From: Salpingoeca rosetta
Taxonomy: Eukaryota > Protista > Choanoflagellata
Length of the DNA stretch: 64,000 bases
Assembly: GCA_033442325.1 (NCBI GenBank)
Contig: JAWQFM010000007.1
Span: 1,121,261 to 1,185,260, forward strand
Direction of reading: 5' to 3'
Position 1 is the first letter of the stretch; every line of letters begins with the position of its first letter. Below, piece by piece: positions 17,022 through 30,130 of the stretch. A program made the translations under genes and the position numbers. The notes under the pieces were generated by a model. It saw only the letters and a list, made by a program, of their open reading frames with translations, was not told the origin of the DNA and made no database searches.

Positions 17022-18329
17022 ATGGCGTCCGAGCACTCGTCAATGAGTGCGTGGGAGAAGGCGTGGTTGAAGGATGCATTCAACACGGGGGCATGGATGA
17101 CGTCAAAGGAAGGCCAGCTGTTCTTCCTTTGCGCCCGTGGACCGCACGTCAAGCTCGTGCGCGATAATCAACTCCGGCATGTGCAGGTTCGTTTGTGGTT
17201 TTGTGTGCCTACTTTCAACGCCCAGCAGACATACAGCTCTCCCACGTGTGCGGGTGTGTGAGTGTGCGCGCGCGTGTGTGCGGGTGTGTGTGCGCGCGTG
17301 TGTGAAACAATGACGGCATTTTTGCTTTGCGCTGCTCACTGGTTGTGGACGTCACCGTTGCTGCCGACGCTTTAGGTGAAATTAATCAGCCAGGGTCCAT
17401 CCGGACACGTGTGGGTCGTGGATCACAGCGGGCATGTTTGGGTGCGGGTGCAGCAGAACCCTCTTGCACGCGCCCTTCCAGGACATGAGGTGCGTTTGTT
17501 GAGCCCTGACATTTGTCCAACAATGTGGTGCCGTGTGGTGTGAAGCCTCATGTGCGAGGTGGGGTGTTGCGCTGCTTGCGCTGCTTGCGCTGCATCGTGT
17601 ACATGACCCGGAAGGATTTCGGTTGTACCTCGTGATGATCGGCGCCTTTCTTGCTGACACGAAAACACGTCCACTGTTGTGGTTTACGTACATTCACTGA
17701 ACCAGGTTATGGGCATCGGCACGACGGAGGTCGTGTATGAGCAGCAGAAGTGGCTGGCGTCATCGCGGTCGTATGCGGCATCTCGGTTCGTCACCCCTGC
17801 TGGCGACTCCTACGACTCCTTGGACGAAATCACACTTCCGTCCTCGCGATGGCAATGGGATGCAGATTGGGAACTGGAGACAAGTGCGTTTGGTGGTGTG
17901 CGTGTGTGTGTGTGCGTGTTATGTGCGTGTTATGTGCGTGTGTGTGATGTGTGTGGGTGTTATGTGTGTGTGTTATGTGGTGTGTGTGTTAGGTGTGTGT
18001 GTTATGTGTGTGTGTGTGTGTGTTATGTGGTGTGTGTTAGGTGTGTGTGTGTGTGTTATGTGGTGTGTGTGTTAGGTCCGTATGTGCGCGCGTTTGCGAT
18101 TCAGTGCAGGATTTTGAATCTTTCATCCTTCCGGTGCGCTGTGCTGTGCCGTGTCCAACTAACATACGCCACTTTAACCCCCTCCCCTCCCCCGGCCTCG
18201 TCTGCGGATCGTCATTGCAGCACTCGGCGAGAGTGATTCTGGTGGCTGGGAATTCGTCTCGTCTGGAACATCTCGTGTGCAATCGCTCTTCACTTCAAAG
18301 TGGGTCCCATCAGCGCAGTGTGTGTTGTC

Positions 18330-18399
<70 letters not shown>

Positions 18400-18744
18400 A
18401 CACACACACACACCTTGGCCACATTCACATCCGCATCCAACCAACCAACCACTGACCTCTCCCCGTCTTCCCGCCTCTCCCGGCACCTCTCTTCTTCTTC
18501 TTCTTCTTCTTTTTCTTCTTCTCCGCCAGAACAACCATGCGGCGGCGCGCGTGGCTGCGAACGCGGTCCATCAAGGATCCCTCTCAGGCGTGGTTCATGC
18601 TGCCCAAGTGGAGCAAGCACGAGGTCGTCTCCATCGCCGTTGCTCAGAGCGGCGCGTGGATCGTTCTTGACAAGTTCAAGGTGATTCTGTGCCCACTCCA
18701 TTGCGTTTTGGGTGTGCATGAAGCAAACGGCCTGTGTGCGTGTG

Positions 18745-18791
<47 letters not shown>

Positions 18792-21700
18792 CAGTGTGTG
18801 TTTGACATGTGTGACGTGTTTGTTTTCGTGCGCGTGTGACGTGTTTGTTTTCGTGCGTGTGTGACGTGTTTGTTTTCGTGCGCGTGTAACGTGTTTGTTT
18901 TCGTGCGTGAGTGCGTTTACGTTCGGCTACATGTGTTATCGCGTCATGCTGGTTCCGTGCGGACGATCCACACCGCCGCTCTCATCCCTCCATTCCCTCG
19001 CCCCCTCTTCCTCTCCGTGCCACGCTGCCATTGTGTCAGATTGCGCTGCGCGAGGGCCTGGACCCGATTCACGTGGAGGGCCGCGCCTTTGAGGCCGTGG
19101 AGGAGCCAGAGTTTACAGGAACACCCATCCACAGCGGCTGCATTGCCGTCAATCAGAACAACAGCACGTGGCTCAGTGCGCCCGACGGCAGTCTGTACTT
19201 TCGCCAGGGCATCACGACGGCAACGCCAGCCGGCCGCGCATGGGTGAAGGTGCCCAACACGCCGCTGCTCACCCACATCACCGTCACATCGCACGCACTC
19301 ATCGGTGTTGGCGTCGACGGGAATCTGCATGTGTTTGACGCACCGTCTAACCCGTTTGCCGTGACGGCCGGGCAGTGGACAGAGCTTGCACCGCCGTCAG
19401 CGCAGGATGTGGCGACGGCAGCGTTGGAGGCTGCGCTGCTGCACGTGTTTGAGAGCGGGTGGGAGGTGGTCGAACCAGAGCCTGGCGACTTCAACGAATA
19501 CGACGATTACGACCCGCACATCCAGACACTTGACGACGATGATATTGACGATGACGACGACGAAGGTGCAGAGGAAGAGATGCTGGAGGACGAAGCAGAG
19601 GGGCAGGTGAGCGGAACGGGCGTGGGTGGGCAGACACCTGGCGACGGCTTGAGCAGTGACCCCAACGCCGTTGTCCGTCGCCGCCATTCCAACCGCAACT
19701 CGAAGCGGCGGTCCATGATCCAGTCTGCACGTGGCAGCGTGCTCATCTCGCGACCAACCATCAGCCAGCTGGCACGACAGCAGGCATTGGCGCACGGCGC
19801 ACGCAAGACCATTGGGGCAATGCGACGCGAAAGCGCATACTTCAACAGCGACAACGACAACGCGCCGAAGCGGCCGGCGCAGCCCGTGTGCTGGTGCACC
19901 GCCACGGAGAACCTGGATTACATTGTCTGCTTGGATGTCCACGGTGATCTCTACGTGCGCATGGGCATGTCCCTTACTCGCCCCTTTGGCACCGCCTGGC
20001 TCAGGTATACATGTGCGCGTGTATAATGTGTGTGATTTTGTGTGTGTGTGTGTGTCTTCTGTGTATGTGTGTGTGTGTTTATGTTTTGTGTTTTGTGTGT
20101 GTGTGTGTGTGCATGCATGTACGCGTTCTGTGCGTGTTTTTGTGTGTGTTTTGTATGTGTGTGTATTTGAGTGCCCGCATAGACGGTTGCATGTGCACAT
20201 GTGTGCTGTGGATCGCTTTCTCAGTCCCATTTCTGCATTCACGCATTGAACCCCGTGCCTTCGCTCTCTGTCTCTCTCTCTCTGTCTCTCTTTGTCTGTC
20301 TGTGTCTCTCTGTCTCTATCTGTCTGTGTCTCTCTGTGTCTCTCTTGCTAATCACCTTGACGGCCAATGCAAAACGACCATCAGGGCTGAGGCAACCTTC
20401 CTGGGCGGAGAATGCGGCGGCATCGAGTGTTGCGAGCTTGGCCTGCTGCCCTTTATTGGTGACGTTCCTCTCCCCGCCCTCACCAGCCGCGCACACGACC
20501 GCGTCATCTCAAAGATGGTGCGTGTGTCGTGCGTTTGCTTGCGCGTGTGCGGGTGTGCGGGTGTGCGTTTGCAAGCGCATGTGCTTGTTCTTGTTTTGAT
20601 GGAACCCAGACACTCATCCCACAACGCTCACACTCACTCACACTCACACACACACTCACTCACTCACTCACACTCACACACACTCACACACGCTCACACA
20701 CACTCACGTGCTCCCCCACTTGTTCAGCTGCGCGCGTCAGCACCTGCACCGCGGCCAAACTTCATCAGTCAGCGCATGCTTCGAGAGACGCTTCCAGAGA
20801 CGGACGCCGTCGTGCGCTGGTTCAACAGCAACAACACATGCAAGCTGCGGCTGGACACGCGTGCGCACCAGCTGTGTCTCGATGTCAAGGCGAAGGAAGG
20901 CACCACATTGGAGGACACACAGCAGTCGGAGTGCCACTTGCTGCCGCTCATCCAAGTGCGCAGCGTGCGTCCCAGCTCGAAAGAAACACACTCCTTTCGC
21001 CTGGAGACCACGGTGAAGCACTTCCAGACAGTGGTGGTCACGGTGCGTTCGTTTGCAAAGCGGCGTGACTGGGTCACGTACCTGCAGCGGTGGGTGTGTC
21101 TCGCGCGACGACAGCTGCGGGAGGCGGAGTCCACGTCGTTGTCAGCACCGGCCCTTGGCGATGCGAGCGGTGGTGTACTGCCCGCCAACGCCGGCGCGCC
21201 AGCGGCAACATCGCCGGACCAGGTGGGAGATGGTGTGCAGCCGCACGGGCAGCAGGTGGTGGCGCCTGCGCTGTGGGCCATCGACACGAACAACCGGCTC
21301 TGGTTCTGCGATCTCGTGTCGGACCACATGGTGAGCGAGGTTGGCGAGTGCTCCCCAGTGTTTGACAAGTGCAGCTACCGCGATGGGAAGGCGTCGGGCA
21401 AGATACAGTTCATGCCCAAGCTCTACTGGCACCCAACAACCGACCTGACCTGCCAGACGAACAAGGGCCCTGTTGTCATCCACGCCAAGCAGGTGTTTGC
21501 GTCGCCTGCCGGGCTTGTGTGGGTGCTGAGCGCCAGCGGCCGCGCGTACGCGCTGGTGAAGGGCGAGGAAGGCGGGGACGTGCGGCACAAGCGCGCGTGG
21601 CGGTACCGACGGTGGCACGAGGCCGAGGACGCGTACGTCAGACAGGGCGAGCAGTTGGCGTCGCAGCAGGGTGCGCAGCAGGCGGTTGAGCCGTTTGCAC

Positions 21701-23381
21701 ACCCGTCGTGGGCACGGCGGCCCACCGGTGCACGCCATCTCACCACCAACGGCATTGCGCCGCCGCCCTTCGCCCGCAGCTCAACAAACGCCGGCGGCCG
21801 CAAGAAGGGCAGGGGCACGCGCGGTGGCGGTGGACGCGGTGGGCTGTGGTCGACGACGGGGACACAGGACGGGTTTCGCCAGTCGCGGCAGTACACGGCT
21901 GCTGTTGCCCGCACGTGTGCCGCACAGGCCACCGCGGCGGGCGTGCACTGGGTGTCTGTGCCCATGTGCCCGTATCACGTGCGTGGACAAGCCGGGCAGG
22001 AGCGGATCAAGGACGTCGGCCTCTCCATGACTGCGGCGTGGGTGGTAACCTCATCTGGGCTGGTGTATGTGCGCAGCGATGTGACTGTGACCTCGCCCAT
22101 CGGCGTGGACTGGGTGCCGGTGCAGTCGCCAGAGCTTGTCAGCTCCGTCTGCGTGCGCGACGGCAGCGTGACCATTCTCACTGTGCAGGGGCACGTGTAC
22201 ACGCGCGTTGGGTTTGGCGAGTCAACCCCGCACGGCACGCACTGGGAGACGGATCACGGCGCCATCAGCTCCGTGTATCTGACACGGAAGCGGCCTGATC
22301 AGGTTGTGGACTCGGCCAACGCCCTGCAGTCGGGGGTGAGCATCACGCACGATGCGCGCTGCGTGTGTGCCCTCAGTCCCCAGCTGGTGCAGATTGGCCT
22401 TCGGTCCACTTACGGCCGCATTGTCTGGCAGCTGCGTGCAAGCAACCACGAGTTTACCTCGGTGAGTGCCAGAGCGCTCAAGTATCGCGGTTGTGTTTGT
22501 ATTTGTGTGTGTGCGTGTTGTGTACTCGTGTGCGTGTTGTGTACTCGTGTTTGTATTTGTGTGTGTGTGTGTGTGTGCGTGTTGTGTACTCGCGTGTGTA
22601 TTTGTGGTTGTGTGTATTTGTGGTTGTGTTTATTTGTGTGTTTGCTTTGTTTGCTTTGTTTGTGTGTTTGTCTGTTTATTTGTGTCGGTTTTGTGACAGC
22701 ATGCTGTTCGATGGTCAAGGCGACACAAGCAGCAAGTCCACGTGACAATGCAAACGTGCGCACGCGCGTGATCACGCACGTGTACGTTTGCGTATGTACA
22801 CTTTCGTGTATTCATACAAATGCAAGAACTCACGTTGAACCATTCCTGCGCCTGCCTGGGCTGCGGCTGATGTAGGTGTCGTGCGATGGGTTTTCGCACG
22901 TGTGGGGTGTTGACTCTGCTGGCTACCTTCGCTCCATGACCCTCAACATGCCCTTTGACATGCACAGACCGTCCCCTTCCACCGCGGCCCTCGAGTTTCC
23001 CACGTGCGTTCCTGGGGCAATTGTTGCTGTGCAGTGCTGCGATGCAACGTGGCATGGTGTGCTATGATGCGTGCTGTTGTGTGCTATGTTGCGTGTACTG
23101 TTATGTGTACTGGTGTTGTGTCAGCGGATTTTGTTTCAACCGGGTGTGATGGTCATGCTTGCGAGAAGTTGACCTTGATTTCACGTTGTGTCCCTCCTCA
23201 ACATCTCATCTCCTTCGCACGGCACAGAGAGAAAGAGCGCGATCAGAAGCCGTTTACAGAACTCCCACTGCTGTTGTGGAAGAGTCTTTCTGTTGGCGAA
23301 GAAGACGAACTCAAGTTCACGTTCATGACTGCCGCGTGTGCCCGTCCTCGCGTGGTGCGTGCATGTGAGATGTGCGTGTGC

Positions 23382-23468
<87 letters not shown>

Positions 23469-23519
23469 CGTTCGTGCATGTGTGTGTGCGTGTGTGTTGT
23501 GTGTGTGTGCATTCGTGCA

Positions 23520-23558
<39 letters not shown>

Positions 23559-24819
23559 TCCGATCTCGAGGCGATACAGGTTGCTTTGTGTTGGCTGGTC
23601 ATTGTACTCATCCCTGCATTGATTCACACACACACAATCACACGCAATCACACGCAATCACACATGCAAACAGCGGCGGCCGCCACACGGGCACTGCATG
23701 CTGGGCGACGACACCGTGGTGCCGACGAAAGAGTGCTCTTCGCTCGGAAAGACGTTCATGTCCCTGTTGTCGAGGCAGAACAAGAGAATGCGCATACGCC
23801 TTGACCGCACGCACGCGCAAGTGCGGTGGAGGTTCATTGTGGATCCTCTCGAAGTGAACGCTGAAGGTATTATGCATGCGCGGAGTATGAGCCTGCAAGT
23901 GTGCTTATGTGCATGTGTGCATGTACACACGTGTCCAATTGTGCAGTTCACGTGTGTATGTGTGTGTGTGCTCTGTCTGTCTGTCTGTCTGTCTGTGATC
24001 GCAGTATTTGCGCGTGAGCGGACTGGTCTGTGGTGGTCTGGCCTCATCACCAGCAAAGTTGACGAGCGAGAGGCCGGCGGCAAAGCGAGCTTCTTCCTCG
24101 TTCATCCCCACGAGATGCGCGAAGACTTCTGGGTCGACAGGTGAGTCATGTGTGTACGTGTGTGTGTGTGTGGTTTGTGTGAGAGACTGAGTGAGTGTGT
24201 GAGAGACTGAGTGAGTGAGTGAGTGAGTGAGTGTTTATGTGAGTGCTGTGTGCATGTGACTTGTGTGCGCGTGTCCGTGGCTTGCATGTGCTTCTGTTGC
24301 CTCTATCGCTTGTGCTCGCCCTCCAAATTTCATCCACCACCACCAATTCATCATGGCTGTCATTTCACGGCCATGTCGTTCGTATATCATCCCCTCCCCC
24401 CGCACACAGGACGCGTGTTGCGCCGAAGGTGAAGCCCAACAAGGGTGCGCTGTACATTGGTCTCTGTGTTCTCGTTCCGCGCACGCGCGAGGGCGGCGAG
24501 CTCGTCCTGGCCACCGTCATCGCCGTCGACGAAAAGTGCGCCACTTGCTTGGTGTGGTGTGGTGTGGTGTGGTGTGGTGTGCGTACGTGCGTGTGTGTGC
24601 AATGCGTGTTGTTTGTTTGATGTGGGGTTGTGGTGCGTTCCTGTTCCTGATGCATCACCTCCACTCCCCTGACTATCTTCCAACAGGAGCAACACCGTGA
24701 CTGTGGAGGCGGCAGAAGCGAACCTGCGCCCGTACACGCGCCAGTTCAATATGGGCGACATCTTCGTTGGCCCCAAAGAGGAATACCGCGGCCTCAGCCC
24801 GGCCTGTTCTCGCTTCTAG
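17022..24819 (+). CDS. TECPR1: TECPR1-like protein (tectonin beta-propeller repeats, dysferlin domain, PH domain) with extra C-terminal Tudor-like region
   Basis: DysF: YEQQKW...[17 protein letters not shown]...GGWEF...[10 protein letters not shown]. Tectonin repeats: [70 protein letters not shown]-like segment ending [13 protein letters not shown]. The last exon ends GLSPACSRF*. Confidence 0.8.
18811..18910 (+). repeat. About 24-bp minisatellite (gtgacgtgtttgttttcgtgcgyg) x4 in a TECPR1 intron
   Basis: Direct reading. Confidence 0.85.
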
Positions 24820-25138
24820 CCGTCGCTTTGCGTGTGTATGCATGTGTTGTGTGTGTGTGTGTTGTGTGTGTGTGTGCGTGTGTGCGTGTACGTGTGTACG
24901 TCTGTGTGTGTGCGTGTGCTGGCTTTGTTGCCGCCGTCCATTTCGCGTTACCTTTGTCTTTGTTGTTTTGCTTCTCATGTGCGTTTACTTTGAGCTGATG
25001 ATACTTGACTGTACGCAGCAGCATGTTACAACTTCTCTGTTAGACCTGCGCTTCTTCCTGCAGCATTAGACAATAGACGACCCGAACCTTCACACATAGC
25101 GGAACGATAACTGGCACCTATTTGTATTACATGTGGAT

Positions 25139-25343
25139 TCAGAGGTCATACGGCGGCTGCAATAGCCAGTCCAGCCGCCCGCTCCGCAGTGGTCTGAAAG
25201 CGCAGATTCAGATTAGTTAGGGTACATCCGTGAGGGTTGAGCGGTGGGTTGGAACATGCCTGGGAAACGGCGCACTGGCTCTCGTAGCGGAACCACGGAC
25301 ACCCACGGACACCCACGGACACCCACGGACACCCACGGACACA

Positions 25344-25404
<61 letters not shown>

Positions 25405-25443
25405 ACACAACAACACACACACACACTCACACAATCACACAAC

Positions 25444-25500
<57 letters not shown>

Positions 25501-25657
25501 GCACACCGACACTGACCCTGGGAATCGTCGCCTGATGACGTGACCGTATGTGATGAGGCGTGATGCCTGCGCTTTGGTGTAGTTGTCCAAGTCAGGGAAG
25601 CGCATGCTCCTGTTGTGTGGTTGTGTGTGCGTGTTTGTTTGTGTGTGTGTGCGTGTT

Positions 25658-25699
<42 letters not shown>

Positions 25700-27015
25700 G
25701 TTGTGTGATTGTGTGAGTGAGTGTGTGTGTGTGTGTGTGTGTGTGCGTGTGTGAGTGCGTGAGCGAGTGAGTGAGCGGTGCGAGTCTCGGTGCAACAGCA
25801 GTGCGGGAAGGGTGCAACCCATACAAAATACAGTAGTGACCACAAGAAAACCAAACGGCTGCCCGTGTTTGCATGTGATGGGAACACGTCTTTGTGGCGT
25901 GTTCTGCAGAGCAAATTGTAAATGTCAAGTACTCACGCGTCCCGATAGAGGTTTCGAATAAATGAAAGCTGTCGCGTCGTGGCGGGTTGCTTCTGCATAC
26001 TCTTTGTTGCGTAATACATCTGTCGTGCGAGTGCATGCAAGCAACCGTACGGGCCAACATCAGCACCACTGAGTAGTTCTCGAGGATACGTATTACCTTT
26101 TGGCACACTCGCCAGTTCCAGCATCCGCTCAGTGACACGTTTGAAGCATCATTATCTCGTCCACCGTTCATCAGCCATCCGCTCAGTACGAGCACCACGC
26201 ATCACCAGCACCACTTGAACCACTATGGTCCATCATGACCCATCGCACCCGCTTCAAGTCGTCGTCGACAAACGAGTGCGCGTGGAGAACGGCGAGTATA
26301 TCCGCCGGCTTGCTCGCGTTGATGTTCACGCGAACGTCGCGCGGGTTCAGATACTGGCGCACCGTCCACCGATGCGACGCGAGGTGGATGATGGCGGCAA
26401 TGTACTTGTCTGCCATTGCGGTGGTGGTGGTGGTGGTGGTGGTGGTGGTGGTGGTGGTGGTGGTCACGGGGGCGAAATGGGAGTGAGGGCAGTGTGAAGG
26501 ACGAGAGGAAGGAGGGGAGGGGGAAGCAAGCGTGAAGGGGTGGGCGCAGGTGGGTCGTGTTGCTCAAGAAAATGAACAATCACAAGTCAATGAGCAAACA
26601 CCCAATGGATGGCAGAAACATGCACTCTGTTTCAGAGGCAGGCACACTCACAAACAGCCACACAAACACAGGCGCACGCCGAACACACGGCATGCGCGCT
26701 TGTACTGGCAGTGCTGGTGGTACGAACCTTCCTTTGGATGAAGGACAAGGAATTCATCTTTGGTGTAGAGAGGAAGAATGTATGTTTCCGCCACCTTGAA
26801 CAGGTCGCTCTGCATGCGTGCATGATATCAACATTAGGCCAACGCGATGACAAGGTGTGGTGGTGGTGGCGGTGGTGGTGGTGGTGGCGGCGAACAATGC
26901 ACACAATTTCCATGATCGTCCACGCCTGCGCATACATTTATAAGACACAATGCACGGGCGTTCACGGAAGCTTACCAGTGTCAACCGGCGTGAAGGCATT
27001 GACCGCCACTAACGA

Positions 27016-27058
<43 letters not shown>

Positions 27059-27397
27059 ACACACACACACACAGCACGCGTTCAAGCGACGTGAGGAGAA
27101 AGGAAGGTTCAAACAAGTGCAACGCAACCAGGATTGGCAATCAGGAGGAAGTGGCCCTCACCTCCGGCACCTGCCACAGAGGATCCACCTCTTGCGCAAC
27201 CTGTCGGGACAACGGACAGCGGGTGGAGTGACAATAAACCCCGTGAGATAACAAGAGGTGAAAGCTAAAGAATGGGCGCAACCGTCACATGGCAGCGACC
27301 TCCAACCCGAGCAAGTAAGCGACGACGGTGGCAGCGACGATGACAACAACAACAACAACAACAACAACAATTAACAACAACAACAACAACAACAATT

Positions 27398-27471
<74 letters not shown>

Positions 27472-30034
27472 CTTAATCAACTTAATCAACTTAAACAACA
27501 ACTTAATCAACTTAATCAACTTAAACAACAACAACCCAGACAACACATTTCATCAAAGCCATGGCAGCCATCAGAAGAAGTTGTCACAGGCACTTCCAGG
27601 CGGGCATCCCACAACAGCACCCACGCTCACCATGTTGACGTGCTCGAGTGATTGCGTCTCCTCCCACTCATGGGCGTCTTCCACCTTATCATTGTCCTCC
27701 TTGTCTTGAACCTCGTCCTGGCCATTCTCTTCGCCGTTCGGGAGTGCTGGCCCATCGCGATTGGCTGTTGTCGTGTGCACACGTACACAGAAGGAAGGGG
27801 AAGAGGAAGAGAGAGAAGGAACATGTGGTGGTGAGATTGCAGATGAGGACGAGACAGACTTTGAGCAGGTGCATCTGCAGTTGTCCATGCAAGCAGAAGA
27901 CAGGCACGCAGGCTGACTGGCGGAGAAACAGGCATTTACGCACGCATGGACGCACGGACGCACGGACGCATAAACAAACAAATCAAAACAAACAACCAGG
28001 CACATGCGCCTACCTCTGATGGGATGGAGGGTGGGCTCGAGGTAGAGGGAGAGCGAGGCGAATGTTTTCATGCAATCGAGGATGAGGCAGTTCTCCTTGT
28101 CCGGATACAAGCGAAGGCCCCGCCCAACCATCTGCGCCAGCAGCGTGTGCGAGCCGACGCGCCGTGCAATCACAATGCAGTCAACACACGGCAGGTCTGT
28201 TCCCTCTGTCAGCACGCCGACGTTGATCAGAACGGGAAACCTGCACAGGCAGCCATGGTGTGTGTGTGTGCGTGTGTATGTGTTTGTGTGTGAGCTGAAG
28301 GAAATCGCAGCAGTACACACGGAGGCAAACAGCAACTGTGACACACACACACACACATTCGCGCACACACACACACATAGCACGTTTGCAGTACTTTCTG
28401 GCTCTGAAGTCGGAGAGGATGCGATCTCGAAGATCGAGACGTGTCTGTCCCGTCAGCTGGCGCGCATCCACACCGTTCTCTCGAAACACGTTCTGAATGT
28501 TCTCGAGATGCACAATCTTGGACACAAACACGAGCGTGCTCTTGCGGCCCTCAGCCAGCCGCTTCCACTCCTCATACACCAGCGAGAACGAAATGGCGCT
28601 TTCGGGCCCACCGCTGCCGTTTTCTGCATCCCGCTCATTGATGCTGTCGTTGTCGTCATCGTAATCGTCGTTGCCGTCGTCGTCCTGGCTGCGTGTGCGT
28701 TCGAGCGTGTGGTAACGCGTGTTACCGGCGCTAGTGTGCTGCCCAAGATCCGATGATGCACCCCCACCGATGCTCCTTGGCTGCACAAGCACGTCGTTGC
28801 CCATATGCGGGGGTTCTTGCACGTCAACCTGCAACACGGTGACGGGGGACACGTATCCCCACTCCAGCATCTGTGGCAGTGACACTTGGTAGGTGATCTG
28901 TTCAAACACGTTCGCAAGCGGCACCCGATCCGGCCGCACAAGCGTGGCAGAGCAGCCCCACACGTGTGGCTTCGGGTGTGCAGATGAAGGCGGTGCAGAT
29001 GCCACGGTGCTGCTTGTGCCATTGGTAGTGGTGTCATCGTGGGGGAAATCGCCATGCACACGCGCCCCAGCAGCGTCGTCACGCGCGCTGTCGTCGGCAT
29101 CAGTGTTGCTGTCGTTGCTGTTGCCGGCTTCATCGGGGTCATCGGCATCTTTGAGAAAGTAGTCGAGTACGCGCTGATATGTCTCTGCGGTTGCGTGATG
29201 GGCCTCGTCAATGACAATGAGCTTGAACTCCTCAGGGTCAAAGCGCTCCAGGTGGATATCGGCCTCCATGCGGCCCAGCTTGGGCACGCTGGCCAGCACA
29301 ACGTCCACATCGTCCGTTTTGGCCAGGTGGGATGTGCCAGAGTCGATGCCGACGGTGAGGGTTGGGTTGCTGGCGCGGATCTTGTCATGTGCCTGCTTGA
29401 GCAGCTCTTTGCGGTGTGCGAGGACAAGTGTCTTGGTTGCCTTTGTTGTCGGCGGCGGGACGAGCGGGATGAGGTGGCTGAAGATGACGGTTTTGCCTGC
29501 GCCCGTTGGCAGCGAGATTGCTTGCGCGTGGACGCCATTCTTGATGGCTTCGAGTGATTTCTCGATGGCCTCGACCTGATATGGGCGCAGCGTGATTTGA
29601 TTGCCTGAGAGTGGCGCAAGCTTGTCCAGCCAACTTGCCTGCGATTGCGGTGGCGACGCCGCTGCAGTGGACACGGGCGACGTGCTGCCAGATGCAAGGT
29701 GGTCGGACGCGGCGTCTGGCGCTGTTGCAGAGCCGTCAACCTCAGCAGATCCTTGTGTTGCGCTTGTGGTGAATGATGAGACGCTGCAAAACATGGAGTG
29801 TGGCACACTTCCAGTGCCGGCAGCAACAACGGCACGGCGATCGAGCGCACGCAGGTGTGGACGAGGCAATGTAGTGACAAGCCGACGGGCTGCAGCATGA
29901 CTGCGTATGCCTTGCGCGGCATGCCTCCACGACGCCCTGCGCACTGCACTGCCACAGCACCTCAGCAGCCATGGTGCTGCTGCCACCGCGGTCACGCTGC
30001 TGGCAGCGCACACCGCAGCTCCACCATGCAGCAT
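25139..30034 (-). CDS. IRC3: Irc3-like mitochondrial SF2 DExH helicase (multi-exon; small C-terminal exons in 25139-27200)
   Basis: LRPYQ, motif I LPTGAGKT, Ia LAHRKELL, II DEAHH, III SAT, V GVLTEGTDLP, VI QMVGRGLR. Arg/Ala/Ser-rich presequence-like N-terminus. Downstream exons ETYILPLYTKDEFLVLHPKE|DKYIAAII..., QPATTRQLSFIRNL and YTKAQASRLIT match the Irc3-type C-terminal pattern. The 3' end is approximate. Confidence 0.72.
25294..25341 (+). repeat. (ACCCACGGAC)n 10-bp tandem repeat, intronic
   Basis: Direct reading. Confidence 0.85.
27343..27534 (+). repeat. (AAC)n microsatellite with TTAA-containing higher-order units, in an IRC3 intron
   Basis: (aac)n followed by two copies of aacttaatcaacttaatcaacttaaacaac. 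Confidence 0.9.
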
Positions 30035-30130
30035 CGTTGTTGGCTGGGCGGTGGTTGTAGAAAGTTATTGAAATACTTTCACACATTTCAGCAACCACGT
30101 TGCGGCAGGCAACCAGCAAGAAGCGACAAC
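30035..30130. promoter_or_regulatory. Candidate minimal bidirectional promoter (96 bp between IRC3 and EEF2KMT start codons)
   Basis: Divergent ATGs at 30034 (-) and 30131 (+), with an AT-rich imperfect palindrome gaaagt-tattgaaat-actttc at 30060-30080. Confidence 0.45.

Noticed and set aside
26183-26467. Stand-alone small gene starting MADKYIAAII
   Set aside because: An AG acceptor just after the ATG joins in phase to the upstream helicase exon (PKE-D-KYI), so it is better read as an internal IRC3 exon.
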